This document shows positions 10,479-20,355 of a stretch of 64,000 nt of DNA, one piece after another (the first letter of the stretch is position 1; the number at the start of each line of letters is the position of its first letter). The notes under the pieces were generated by a model. It worked only from the letters and a program-made list of their open reading frames with translations, did not search any database and had not been told where the DNA came from. This DNA is from Desulfomonilia bacterium (GTDB lineage: Bacteria; Desulfobacterota; Desulfomonilia; UBA1062): positions 64,001 to 128,000 of the forward strand of contig JBEKDT010000007.1 in NCBI GenBank assembly GCA_050014195.1. The letters are read 5' to 3'. Both the position numbers and the translations under genes were made by a program.

Positions 10479-11426
10479 ATGCCACTATACAAGTATGTAA
10501 CGCCTGAAAGAACTGATATTTTAAAAAATGGGTTAATTCGCTTTACACAGCCAGTAGCCTTCAATGATCCTTTCGAAACCTTGCCATGTTTTTTGGGTGG
10601 TTTACCAGACGACATTGTAAAAGGTCTTCTTGAGGATAATCTAGCCGATCCGAATCTATATAAAGGAACACTATTATCAATTTTTAAAACAGAAATGAAC
10701 AAAAGACACCCGGAAACAATAGTCCCAGCTGAGGCTTGGGATGTTATTAACAATTTAATTCCCGCTAAGGATGCTGCAAAAATAATGCAACCTATTGCTT
10801 CCATAGTATCTAATCAATTTGCTCAATTCATGGGCGAAGGAGATTTATTTAAGAAATATACCCTCAAATCTGTCTTAAAATCAATAAATAAGGATTACGG
10901 CTTATTATGTTTAGCGGAAAACCCCAATAACCTCCTCATGTGGGCTCATTATGCAGCTAGCCATACTGGATTCGCAATTGAATTTAATGAAAAACACCCT
11001 TTTTTCGACAAACGGGAAAAACAAGAAGAATTAGGTCGTTGCCTGACAAAGGTTACTTATACAAAAGTGAGGCCAAAAACATTCCTTCTTGATCCAAAAA
11101 TTGAGGAAGAACAATTCCGAAAGAGGTGGGCTCACGATATTTTCTTCACGAAGAGCGAGCATTGGGAATATGAAGAAGAATGGCGCATGTTGGAGTTCTT
11201 GAAGAATTGCTCTCATATCGAACGAAACGAACCCTATGATATCTGTTTATTTCCAATACCATTTGATTGCATTACGGGTGTTATTTTCGGTTGCAGAGCT
11301 TTAGATAATCTGAAATCTGATATCGGGCACTTGAAGCAAACAAATTCTTCCTATTCGCATATACAACTTTTTGAGGCCTATATTGATGAAAAAGAATACA
11401 TGCTTAATTTCAGAGCTATTATTTGA
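10479..11426 (+). CDS. DUF2971-domain protein
   Basis: LYKY, FNDPFE, LMWAHYA..HTGFAIEF and TKSEHWEYEEEWR; ATG 10479 follows GAGGA. Confidence 0.85.
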   Translation: MPLYKYVTPERTDILKNGLIRFTQPVAFNDPFETLPCFLGGLPDDIVKGLLEDNLADPNLYKGTLLSIFKTEMNKRHPETIVPAEAWDVINNLIPAKDAAKIMQPIASIVSNQFAQFMGEGDLFKKYTLKSVLKSINKDYGLLCLAENPNNLLMWAHYAASHTGFAIEFNEKHPFFDKREKQEELGRCLTKVTYTKVRPKTFLLDPKIEEEQFRKRWAHDIFFTKSEHWEYEEEWRMLEFLKNCSHIERNEPYDICLFPIPFDCITGVIFGCRALDNLKSDIGHLKQTNSSYSHIQLFEAYIDEKEYMLNFRAII

Positions 11427-11460
11427 CCCTACAAATTACCTCATATCCTCATAGCCTTAA

Positions 11461-11556
11461 TTACTAATAAGTGCGTTATTAACTGAACTTATTATGGGCT
11501 TGGAAGTGGCTAAATAAGCCATACTCGAAACCTCCCAATTATGCACTTATCAGTAA
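11461..11556. repeat. 20-bp imperfect inverted repeat pair
   Basis: TTACTAATAAGTGCGTTATT ... AATTATGCACTTATCAGTAA (17/20 symmetric). Confidence 0.6.
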
Positions 11557-11675
11557 CTCGGATTTAACCCTCTAAGTTAGAGATCCTTCCTGATAGTTGG
11601 ATGGTTTATCTTTGATGTCGAGCACGTAATTCTCTCTGATTATGTAAGACCTGGTATTTTTAATCACTTCGGGTT

Positions 11676-11757
11676 TATTCCCAGCAGCTTGCTGCGAATG
11701 GCCTGTTCCTTATAAAAGGTCTTTTATACCCCGCTGCTTGCGGCGGGGTAGTTTATT
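11676..11757. repeat. REP-like GC-rich palindrome doublet
   Basis: TACCCCGCTGC-tt-GCGGCGGGGTA (11727-11750) preceded by a related partial copy TTCCCAGCAGCTTGCTGCG. Confidence 0.6.
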
Positions 11758-11981
11758 AGATTGTGGTCCTTACGCTCTGATAAAAGTGCTGAATTGTATT
11801 TCGATTTCATTCGATGATTATAAATCTTTTGGATCTAGAAAAGCTCTAATACGTTAAAGATATCTAGTATTTTATTTAATTACAAAAACCAATATGTTAT
11901 AATTTGATAGTATACCCTCGCCAATAAGGGCAAAGCAACATACCCGTTTAAATGATCCTCTAAGATTCAGGGAGGTCTGAA

Positions 11982-12200
11982 ATGAACAGAGGTGGTTTCT
12001 CTTGGAAGAGAGCTTTAGGGGTCTCGGCCGCCAAATCCCGCATTTCCCGACAGATCGGCATTCCTTTAACCAAGAGCGGCCGGGAGAGAAAGATCGGAAA
12101 AATAGTAACGGGAAGTGGCTGTCTTGTTGTAATTACTAAATGGGCAGCAGTTCCAGCAGCTGTAGGGGCATTTTTTATTTTATTTTTTGCTAATTTATAG
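11982..12200 (+). CDS. Small basic membrane-anchored hypothetical protein
   Basis: GGAGG RBS; FSWKRALGVSAAK..ISR.IGIPLTKSGR.RK.G followed by a C-terminal hydrophobic segment. Confidence 0.7.
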   Translation: MNRGGFSWKRALGVSAAKSRISRQIGIPLTKSGRERKIGKIVTGSGCLVVITKWAAVPAAVGAFFILFFANL

Positions 12201-12278
12201 AGGCTATATTACATTGATAGAATTATTAATTTGCTCTCTATTTGATTGAATAGTGAGACTGATGGAGAAAAATGGATA

Positions 12279-14534
12279 ATGGGTGATTCTTTTTGGACCT
12301 TTGTTATCATCTGTTTAGTTATTTACTTTATCTACAAATATACAAGATCCAACAATGTAAAACGTACAAAAGAATCATATCCGGAACAACAGGAAATCAA
12401 AGTCAACATCAGCGTTTCTGGGTCAAGTAGCTATAAGACGGATCGATATGGTCCTCCAAAGGGGTCTCCGGCCATATGGTATGGATATGATCAAAGTGTT
12501 ATTGTCTGTGGGTTCAAGATTCCGCATGGATTGATCTATGTAGGGGAGGTCCTTCTTGATAGCGCCGGGTATGGTAATGACGCCTGTCTTATCAATCCAA
12601 AACTTGATGTAGTGCCTGCAATATCTTCATTTATCAGCCCTGAGATGGGGTACTGGCCAAAGTACGAAAGCATCCCGGCACAATGCCGTGGAGCTTATTT
12701 GTCATGGCTTGCAGGGGACAGAAGGGACCCCCAGGCCAATATTGGTTACGTTTTTCTGTTCTTTTATGGTCTTGAACGAAGGTTGCTCCTGGACAGGATG
12801 AAAACAGCCCTCTCTGAACAAGACCATGCTGCCATTGTTGCTGAAATAGGCAGGTTGCTGGAAATATACGGAGAAAATCATTCCTTCCGTGGATATGCCA
12901 AAAACCTTCTGGCTCTTGATTGGACAATGAATTATCCCGATCAGACCTTCCCTGATTATATTGATATATACGACAGGTTTTGCATTGAACCATTCAAGAT
13001 TACACTTGCTAAGATCGTGGATGCGGGGAACCCAGTGCCAGCAGATATAGCCCTTCAATGGTTTATTCTGCATCCTGAATTTCATGTGAAAACACCAGTT
13101 CGACGCTGTCCAAAAGAATTCAGGGCACTCTTTCTTCGTAAATATTTCGGTAAATTTGGTGAAGGGATCATAGTAAAGCCGAATAAAACCAAGCTGAAGT
13201 TTCAATTGTTTACGGCGAGTCCTTCGCTGAGAGGTATACTTTTGAAGGTCAAGATGCCAGAACTTCCGGACCCTTTTCTTTTGACTGGTCCCATGAATAA
13301 AATAAGCCCATTAATAGAAGAATGTACGGTTTCTTTGGAACCGTACAGCCGCTATCTCGGACGCAAGGAAAACGATCCCAACTCTCTGTCTGCTTTGGCG
13401 TTACTTCCCCAAGAGCTCACAAGCCAAAATTCTTCCTTATCCCGGATAAAAACGATTCTTACCGAAAAGTGCCTGGGGGGTTTTGGTGTTATCCCTACAA
13501 AGGACCTGTACAGCTGTCTCGGTGAAACGATACCTCCGCAGATCGGCAAGAAAGATGCAGAGAACCTGTCCTCATTACTTGAATCGATTGGATTTGGGAT
13601 AGCACCGGATATGCGTTTTCACAACATCAAGCCAGTTACTGACGGCAAAGTTTTGATCTTCCCACAGGAGACCGTTCCCCAACCATCGAAGTCTTATTCC
13701 TTGATGAGTGTGATCATACGCCTTGGGGCTATAGTCAGCCAGATAGATGAGGAAGTGACTCAGTCCGAGGAATCAACCTTGCAAGACTTCATCCAGGGAA
13801 ATGCAGATTTGTCGCCACTTGAGAAGACTTCATTGCACGCCTTTTTATATTGGGCACTACGAACACCGCAGAGTGTTTCAGGCATGAAGCAGAAGCTGTC
13901 TGATGCCAGCCCGGTAGAGAAAAAGGCGATAAGCAGGATTTTGATATCTGTCGTACTTGCGGATGGGCGCATAGATCCGAGAGAAGTAAAGCAGGTGGAA
14001 AAACTGTATGCAACCTTAGGGCTGGACAAAGATCAGGTGATAAGCGACATCCATAATCTCTCGTTCGCAACAGAGCCGGTCACAGTGGGCCAGCGTGAAG
14101 CCGAAGCATCTTTTACCATCCCGAAACCTGCAACTGGGGTTGAATCAAAGCGCTTCAGTTTGAATGACGCCTTGATCAGGATCAGGGAGGAAGAGACCCA
14201 ACAGGTAAAGAGCTTGCTCGAAGATATCTTCACGGAAAAGGAAGATGAAAATCTAGAAGCAACCTCTGTACCAGGGGCCGGAACAATCAAAGTCACGCCG
14301 ATTTCAGCATTGGACCAGGCTCACCTGAATCTTTTCAATTTCCTGATCTCCAAGGAGAAATGGGACAGGGAAACGCTCCATGATAAATGCAGAGAAATGG
14401 GCCTGATGATCGACGGGGCAATGGAAGTCCTCAACGAGTGGTCCTTTACCTACGCGAATGCCCCGCTTATTGAGGACGGCGACCCCGTTTTCATTGACGT
14501 ACAACTTGCAAGGGAGATAGTCGATGGCCAGTGA
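12279..14534 (+). CDS. sngA: TerB-N/TerB/TerB-C membrane protein (Shango SngA-like)
   Basis: N-terminal TM; YWPKY..I...RGAYL.WL and GYVFLFFYGLERR; ADGRIDPREV; C-terminal GAMEVLNEWS. Confidence 0.8.
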   Translation: MGDSFWTFVIICLVIYFIYKYTRSNNVKRTKESYPEQQEIKVNISVSGSSSYKTDRYGPPKGSPAIWYGYDQSVIVCGFKIPHGLIYVGEVLLDSAGYGNDACLINPKLDVVPAISSFISPEMGYWPKYESIPAQCRGAYLSWLAGDRRDPQANIGYVFLFFYGLERRLLLDRMKTALSEQDHAAIVAEIGRLLEIYGENHSFRGYAKNLLALDWTMNYPDQTFPDYIDIYDRFCIEPFKITLAKIVDAGNPVPADIALQWFILHPEFHVKTPVRRCPKEFRALFLRKYFGKFGEGIIVKPNKTKLKFQLFTASPSLRGILLKVKMPELPDPFLLTGPMNKISPLIEECTVSLEPYSRYLGRKENDPNSLSALALLPQELTSQNSSLSRIKTILTEKCLGGFGVIPTKDLYSCLGETIPPQIGKKDAENLSSLLESIGFGIAPDMRFHNIKPVTDGKVLIFPQETVPQPSKSYSLMSVIIRLGAIVSQIDEEVTQSEESTLQDFIQGNADLSPLEKTSLHAFLYWALRTPQSVSGMKQKLSDASPVEKKAISRILISVVLADGRIDPREVKQVEKLYATLGLDKDQVISDIHNLSFATEPVTVGQREAEASFTIPKPATGVESKRFSLNDALIRIREEETQQVKSLLEDIFTEKEDENLEATSVPGAGTIKVTPISALDQAHLNLFNFLISKEKWDRETLHDKCREMGLMIDGAMEVLNEWSFTYANAPLIEDGDPVFIDVQLAREIVDGQ

Positions 14535-15846
14535 TCCAACAAAACGTATACGCCCTCGTGAGCGTGATGCAATTATCCAATCCCTCCGGGCCGGGGTAAC
14601 ACCACGTACAGGCCTGCAGCATATCCAGGTCGGAAGGGTTCGTGAAGTAGAGGCCTTGCTCAAAGATATCGAGCGTATATCAGATGGGGGATCTTCTTTT
14701 CGTCTTATAATCGGCGAATTCGGTTCAGGTAAGACCTTTTTCCTGCAATTAATACGCACAATCGCTTTGGAAAAAGGTCTCGTGACGGTTCATGCCGATC
14801 TTTCGCCTGACAGACGGCTCTACGCAACCGGAGGCAAGGCGAGGAACCTCTATGCAGAGCTCATGCGAAATGTCTCGACACGAACCAAACCGGAAGGCAA
14901 CGCACTGAGCAGTGTTGTCGAGCGGTTCATCACAGAGGCAAGAAAAGAGGCCGACCAGGCAGGTGCAGCGGTTGCTACGGTTATTTCAAACCGGTTGGCA
15001 AATCTTTCCGAACTTGTTGGCGGTTATGATTTTGCCCACGTGGTGGGAGCATATTGGAAAGGGCACGATCAAAATAATGAACAGCTCAAGTCGGATGCCC
15101 TTCGTTGGCTCAGGGCTGAATTCACCACGAAAACCGATGCCAGGAACGCATTGGGCGTGAGGACGATCATAGATGATTTCAATTTCTATGACAGCCTGAA
15201 GCTCATGAGCTTGTTTGTCAGGCAAGCCGGCTATAATGGCTTGCTGATCAACTTGGATGAAATGGTCAATCTCTATAAACTTTCCAGCCAAGCTGCCCGC
15301 GTATCGAACTATGAGCAGATCCTGAGGATACTCAATGACTGCCTGCAAGGCAGCGCACAGTATATTGGCTTCATCATGGGAGGCACTCCAGACTTCTTAT
15401 TCGATCCCAGGAAAGGTCTTTACAGTTATGAAGCCTTGCAATCAAGGCTTGCTGAGAATGCATTTGCCAAGAAAGTAGGGGTGGTTGACTACACATCCCC
15501 GGAACTGCACCTGGCCAATCTTGCCCCGGAGGAGCTGCTGATCCTGCTGAGGAACCTACGGCATGTCTTTGCCAGTGGTGATCCCTCAAAATACCTTGTC
15601 CCGGATGAAGCGCTGACTCTTTTCCTGGCTCATTGCTCCAAACGCATTGGCGACGCTTACTTCAAGACGCCCCGCAATACCATTAAAGCTTTCGTGGACC
15701 TTCTTGCTACTCTGGATCAAAGTTCCGGCCTTGTTTGGAACCAGTTGATAGATCAGGTACAGGTGACTGAGGAGATCTCGACGGATATGCCTGAGATCAA
15801 CATTGAAGATAACGGAACAGACGAGTTGGCCAAGTTTTCCATCTGA
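14524..15846 (+). CDS. sngB: BrxD/DUF2791-like P-loop ATPase (Shango SngB-like)
   Basis: IQSLRAGVTPR, Walker A GEFGSGKT, Walker B INLDE; overlaps the upstream gene. Confidence 0.82.
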   Translation: MASDPTKRIRPRERDAIIQSLRAGVTPRTGLQHIQVGRVREVEALLKDIERISDGGSSFRLIIGEFGSGKTFFLQLIRTIALEKGLVTVHADLSPDRRLYATGGKARNLYAELMRNVSTRTKPEGNALSSVVERFITEARKEADQAGAAVATVISNRLANLSELVGGYDFAHVVGAYWKGHDQNNEQLKSDALRWLRAEFTTKTDARNALGVRTIIDDFNFYDSLKLMSLFVRQAGYNGLLINLDEMVNLYKLSSQAARVSNYEQILRILNDCLQGSAQYIGFIMGGTPDFLFDPRKGLYSYEALQSRLAENAFAKKVGVVDYTSPELHLANLAPEELLILLRNLRHVFASGDPSKYLVPDEALTLFLAHCSKRIGDAYFKTPRNTIKAFVDLLATLDQSSGLVWNQLIDQVQVTEEISTDMPEINIEDNGTDELAKFSI

Positions 15847-15858
15847 GCCGGGTAATCT

Positions 15859-18036
15859 ATGAGCGAGTCTTCTGGCTTCAACAAGCTGCACCCGGGAGTA
15901 CAGAAATGGATATGGAACCAGCAATGGACTGAACTCCGTGACATTCAGGAGCGTTCAATTGAACCGATTTTATCCGCAGACCGTGATGTTGTAATCTCTG
16001 CATCAACAGCTGCCGGGAAGACAGAAGCGGCATTTCTCCCGGCATGTTCAAGTATAGCTAGTAGGTCTCCTGATGGCATAGGAATCTTGTATATCAGCCC
16101 CCTGAAAGCACTGATCAATGATCAGTACCGGAGGCTTCAGGGTCTTTGTGACATCCTAAATCTGCAGGTGACCCCGTGGCATGGGGATGTTCTTCAGTCG
16201 AAAAAGGAAAAACAGAAAAAGAAGCCTGGCGGTATTGTGCTAATAACCCCTGAATCTCTGGAATCTCTTATGTTGAGCAATGCAGGGTGGTGCCAGCAGG
16301 CTTTTAAAGGGCTATGCTATGTCATTATCGATGAGTTTCACGCCTTTATCGGGACAGAGCGTGGCTGCCAACTGCAATCCCTTATGCATCGCATAGAATT
16401 CCTTCTTCAAAGAGACATACCAAGAATAGCTTTGAGCGCAACGCTGGGAGATATGGAGCATATCGCTCAGTACTTGAGGCCCCTTAAAAAATTACCATGT
16501 GAAATCATCGAATCAACGTCTCTGAAATCAGATCTGAAGATCCAGCTTCGAGGGTATGTTTCTCGCTCGTCTGATAATGAAGAAACAGCTACGGTCAGTG
16601 ATGAGATAACCGATGATCTTTACAGAAACCTCCGCGGCAAATCGCACCTGATCTTTGCCAACAGCCGGGCAAATACAGAATTGTTTGCTTCAAAACTCGC
16701 TGACTGCTGTGAAAGGGACGGAGTTCTCAATGAGTTCTTCCCACATCATGGGAGTCTTTCAAAAGAGTTTCGAGAGGGCCTTGAGAAAAGATTTCAGGAG
16801 ACCAAACTACCTACCTCCGCAGTCTGCACCATGACCCTTGAGCTGGGGATCGATATAGGAAGTGTCGACTCAATAGCTCAAGTGACAGCACCGCATTCAG
16901 TTACCAGTCTTCGCCAGCGTCTCGGGCGATCAGGTCGCAGGGGAGATGCAGCAGTTCTCAGGATGTTCATTGCTGAAGAGGAACTCTCAGGTAAGATCCA
17001 TCTCATTGACCGATTGCGAATGGAAACATTCCAATGCATTGCCATGGTCAATTTGTTGCTGAAAAAGTGGTATGAACCTCCCATTTCGAATCAATATCAC
17101 TTATCAACCCTTGTACAGCAGACTCTTTCTGTCATTGCCCAGTATGGAGGGGTACGGGCCAATCAACTCTGGACTCTTTTATGTGAGACCGGACCTTTCT
17201 CTCTGGTCGATCAGACGGCATATGGTAATTTTCTCCGGGCTCTCGGTCAAAAAGGCATGATTACCCAAATGCAGGATGGGCAATTGGTACTCGGACATAA
17301 AGGAGAGATCCTGGTGGATCATTTTACCTTCCTATGTGCTTTCAATACCCCTGAGGAATACCGGTTGGAAAGCAACGGGCATGTTTTAGGCTCATTGCCG
17401 ATTGATAAGCCTTTGATGGTTGATCAGATGATAATTTTTGCAGGGAAGAAGTGGAAAGTTTTGAGTGTGGATCCGGGGAAAAAATTGATTATGCTTCAGC
17501 CAGCCCCTAGTGGCCACCCTCCACAATTTGACGGTGGGCCTCAGACTGTACATGATATCGTGAGACAGGAAATGCTATCTGTTTATCGTCTAGGGATTGT
17601 ACCAGTTTACCTCGATAAGGTGGCAAAGGAATTCTTTGAGGAAGGAGTTGATTTTTTCAAGGAACTTCATCTGGATAAATTGCCTGCAATACAAATGGGG
17701 AGTTCTGTATATGTTCTCCCATGGCTCGGGGATAGGATTACGAGTACAATAAATATCCTTCTTAGAAAAGAAGGGCTCAAGGCTAATAGCTACTGTGGCA
17801 TTATTGAGTTAGAGGGCATTTCTATTGAAGGTTTGCATGATGCCATAGGAAGTATCCTGAATGGTCCTAAACCATCTCCTGCTGATTTAGCGAAGGAGAT
17901 CCCAGATACATTCGTAGAAAAACATGACTGGTTGCTCCCTAAAGAAATGCGTGAATTGGGCTATGGAACAAGGTTCTTTGATATTGATGGAGCATGTAAG
18001 TGGATGAATGTCAAAATAAGATGCAAATTTAGTTGA
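15859..18036 (+). CDS. sngC: Lhr-like DEAD/DEAH helicase (Shango SngC-like)
   Basis: STAAGKT, SPLKAL, DEFH, SAT, LELGID and QRLGRSGR. Confidence 0.85.
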   Translation: MSESSGFNKLHPGVQKWIWNQQWTELRDIQERSIEPILSADRDVVISASTAAGKTEAAFLPACSSIASRSPDGIGILYISPLKALINDQYRRLQGLCDILNLQVTPWHGDVLQSKKEKQKKKPGGIVLITPESLESLMLSNAGWCQQAFKGLCYVIIDEFHAFIGTERGCQLQSLMHRIEFLLQRDIPRIALSATLGDMEHIAQYLRPLKKLPCEIIESTSLKSDLKIQLRGYVSRSSDNEETATVSDEITDDLYRNLRGKSHLIFANSRANTELFASKLADCCERDGVLNEFFPHHGSLSKEFREGLEKRFQETKLPTSAVCTMTLELGIDIGSVDSIAQVTAPHSVTSLRQRLGRSGRRGDAAVLRMFIAEEELSGKIHLIDRLRMETFQCIAMVNLLLKKWYEPPISNQYHLSTLVQQTLSVIAQYGGVRANQLWTLLCETGPFSLVDQTAYGNFLRALGQKGMITQMQDGQLVLGHKGEILVDHFTFLCAFNTPEEYRLESNGHVLGSLPIDKPLMVDQMIIFAGKKWKVLSVDPGKKLIMLQPAPSGHPPQFDGGPQTVHDIVRQEMLSVYRLGIVPVYLDKVAKEFFEEGVDFFKELHLDKLPAIQMGSSVYVLPWLGDRITSTINILLRKEGLKANSYCGIIELEGISIEGLHDAIGSILNGPKPSPADLAKEIPDTFVEKHDWLLPKEMRELGYGTRFFDIDGACKWMNVKIRCKFS

Positions 18037-18211
18037 AGTTGAAAGGCAAAAAAATGAGAGGATACCCTGAAGATACATTCTGGCAAAGTCTGATCATATA
18101 TTACAAGGCATGCATAGCCCAAGAACGCGGGCTTTCCGAGTTGTAAAGAAGATCCATACTTGAGAAATATGCTTTCATAAAAATCTGTTATAACTATTTG
18201 ATTATATTGTA

Positions 18212-18239
18212 TGCGCCGATAACAAGGAGTATGTAAAGC
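18212..18239 (+). other. dif-like XerC/D site
   Basis: TGCGCCGATAA-CAAGGA-GTATGTAAAGC in 11-6-11 layout; left arm matches the site at 24525 at 10/11 positions. Confidence 0.6.
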
Positions 18240-18360
18240 TGGCGAGGTCAAGGTATTTTACATAGACTGTACTAAACTGTGGATTTTGAGCTGGAGAACA
18301 AGATCTGCCATCCGGACTCTTAACTCAATGATTTGACTTGTCTCGAATTAATGATTCAGT

Positions 18361-18822
18361 TTATTGTTCTATGATCAAATCATCCCTGATATCTATACAG
18401 CCTATGACGCTTTGAGCTGCAGGACAAAAGGGGAGATAAAGAGAAAAGGCCTCTTTTGCCTCTCCGATCTTCTCCTGAGGCAATCTGAGATGGTAATTCA
18501 CTCTTATCCGAGTAATCTTGAGTATACCATTGACGTTCTCGATATCACCTTCAACATCTGCCCAGAATTTATCTTCGGGGGTGGGGATCTTTTTTCCGGC
18601 CAGCACCGTGGCCAGTGTTCCCATCATTCAGGCAGCTACTGCTGCTACGATATGATCAAGGGTCGCAGCATGTTCCTTTTCAGGTTCAACTTTATAAAAC
18701 TTCTTTATCCCCCCATGAACACCATAATATACAGGCTCATTAAACCCTTCAATGAGTGCTTTTCGGGTGGGGCCTTTTTCCCGAAAAATCTTGATGCGTG
18801 AAGTGTGAACGATCTCTCCCAT
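18361..18822 (-). CDS. OsmC-like selenoprotein (TGA 18628-18630 read as Sec)
   Basis: Two in-frame ORFs joined as VAAVAA-U-MMGTL; downstream CPAAQS cysteine; SECIS-like hairpin CTGGCCA-CGGTGC-TGGCCGG just after the TGA. Confidence 0.82.
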
Positions 18823-18911
18823 TTTTCACCACCTCTTTTCATCATATTCAGGATATCAGTTTATTACCGTTTGATCACCATGTGCTGAGCAAAGGTATCT
18901 CCAGTTGTAAA

Positions 18912-19904
18912 CTATTTTTCAAGAGCTCCCTGGCAGGATGAACCTGCACCTGCAGTACAGGAAAAGCAGTGATTGCCGATGACGATCTTCCGGTTTCTCA
19001 ATCTTTCAAAATCAAAATTGTTGATATAGTTTGAGGGAGTACATTCAACCGTCAGACCCAGCATCTGGTTAAAGTCACAGTCATACAAGTGCCCATCCCA
19101 TCCTACGGACAGGGTATTCCGGCACATCAGACAATGAATGGTAGAAGGGTTAAAGGATGTATCGAGGGCATGCATGTAATCTTCAAAATTCTCCGACCGT
19201 ATAAGATAGTCGAGATATCTTCCCACTGGGCAGTTGACAAGGCAGTAGAGGGTATTGAAGACTACCCTGTGTTCGCTTTCCAGTCTGGTTTTATATTCAT
19301 GCTCAAGGGCCTGCTGTGTCCCGGGCAGGTAGGTGCCCACGGGATTGTAGACCAGATCCAGGACCAGGCCACTCCCAGGTTTACCATATCCCCGCTCATT
19401 GAGCAGCCGCATCACTTCCAGGATTCGTTTGAAAACACCTTCACCCCTTTGTCTGTTGACCCGTTCTTCATGGTAATCGGGCAGGGAGGCAATGATCTCG
19501 ACTTTGTTATCTGCATAAAGATCAATGAGGTGCTCATAGGGCTCTTCAAGGAGGATCACAAGGTTTGAGCGAACCATCAGCCTGCGATTCAATCCGGCAG
19601 CTTCCTGAATAAACCAGGGAAGCTCCGGATTCATTTCCGGAGCACCACCGGTAATATCTATGGTGCCGATCGGATGATCACGGAGCACCTGAAGGCATTT
19701 CTCGAAAACTTGCCTGTCCATTACCTCTGGCCGGTTAGGCCCGGCCTCAACATGGCAGTGCCTACACGAGAGGTTGCATCTCTTACCAACATTTATCTGG
19801 AGTATGTCGATGGAATTAGCGCAGAGAGGTGAGATAATCCTCTTATGAAACGATATATTCAAAGGATTGTCATTGAGCAGCCTGACCTGTTCAGAAGACG
19901 TCAT
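18912..19904 (-). CDS. arsS: ArsS-like radical SAM protein (arsenosugar biosynthesis family)
   Basis: CNLSCRHC, ITGGAPE, YDCDFNQML and C-terminal HCFSCTAGAGSSCQG. Confidence 0.82.
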   Translation of the reverse strand: MTSSEQVRLLNDNPLNISFHKRIISPLCANSIDILQINVGKRCNLSCRHCHVEAGPNRPEVMDRQVFEKCLQVLRDHPIGTIDITGGAPEMNPELPWFIQEAAGLNRRLMVRSNLVILLEEPYEHLIDLYADNKVEIIASLPDYHEERVNRQRGEGVFKRILEVMRLLNERGYGKPGSGLVLDLVYNPVGTYLPGTQQALEHEYKTRLESEHRVVFNTLYCLVNCPVGRYLDYLIRSENFEDYMHALDTSFNPSTIHCLMCRNTLSVGWDGHLYDCDFNQMLGLTVECTPSNYINNFDFERLRNRKIVIGNHCFSCTAGAGSSCQGALEK

Positions 19905-19905
19905 G

Positions 19906-20241
19906 CTACATTTCCTTCTTCTTGATGACCTTTCTCATCTGGGTGGAATGGGCCAGGACATCACCGGCTGTCATGGCAGCTCCGACATGTACTGCTTCCA
20001 TCATCTCATCGCTGGAAACACCAAGCGAGAGGCACTTATTGGTGTATGCATCAATGCAATACGGACAGTGACGCACAGTCGCCACCGTAAGAGCTATTAA
20101 TGCCTTTTCTCGCTCAGTGAGCACACCGGGTCCTGTTGCCTCGGCGTAATATTCAAAGAAATTTTTACCCTGTTCATGGGCATACTCTGTTATGTTCGGG
20201 AAGTCCGCCAGATCCTTAGGCTCATAGTAGTTATCCGACAT
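19906..20241 (-). CDS. AhpD/CMD-family peroxidase-like protein (ArsS-associated type)
   Basis: REKALIAL...CPYCIDAY, MMEAVHV. Confidence 0.85.
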   Translation of the reverse strand: MSDNYYEPKDLADFPNITEYAHEQGKNFFEYYAEATGPGVLTEREKALIALTVATVRHCPYCIDAYTNKCLSLGVSSDEMMEAVHVGAAMTAGDVLAHSTQMRKVIKKKEM

Positions 20242-20355
20242 TCATGTTTCCTCCTTAAAGGTATATGTTCCACTGAAAAGCTTCAATATGAGACTATTCA
20301 CCATTCATTATTAACATTATGAAAAGGATCGTTCAATTTATCAGGAAAATGCATT

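Noticed and set aside
14524-18036. BREX system
   Set aside because: A BrxD-like ATPase and helicase are present but there is no pglX or pglZ; the TerB partner indicates Shango-like.
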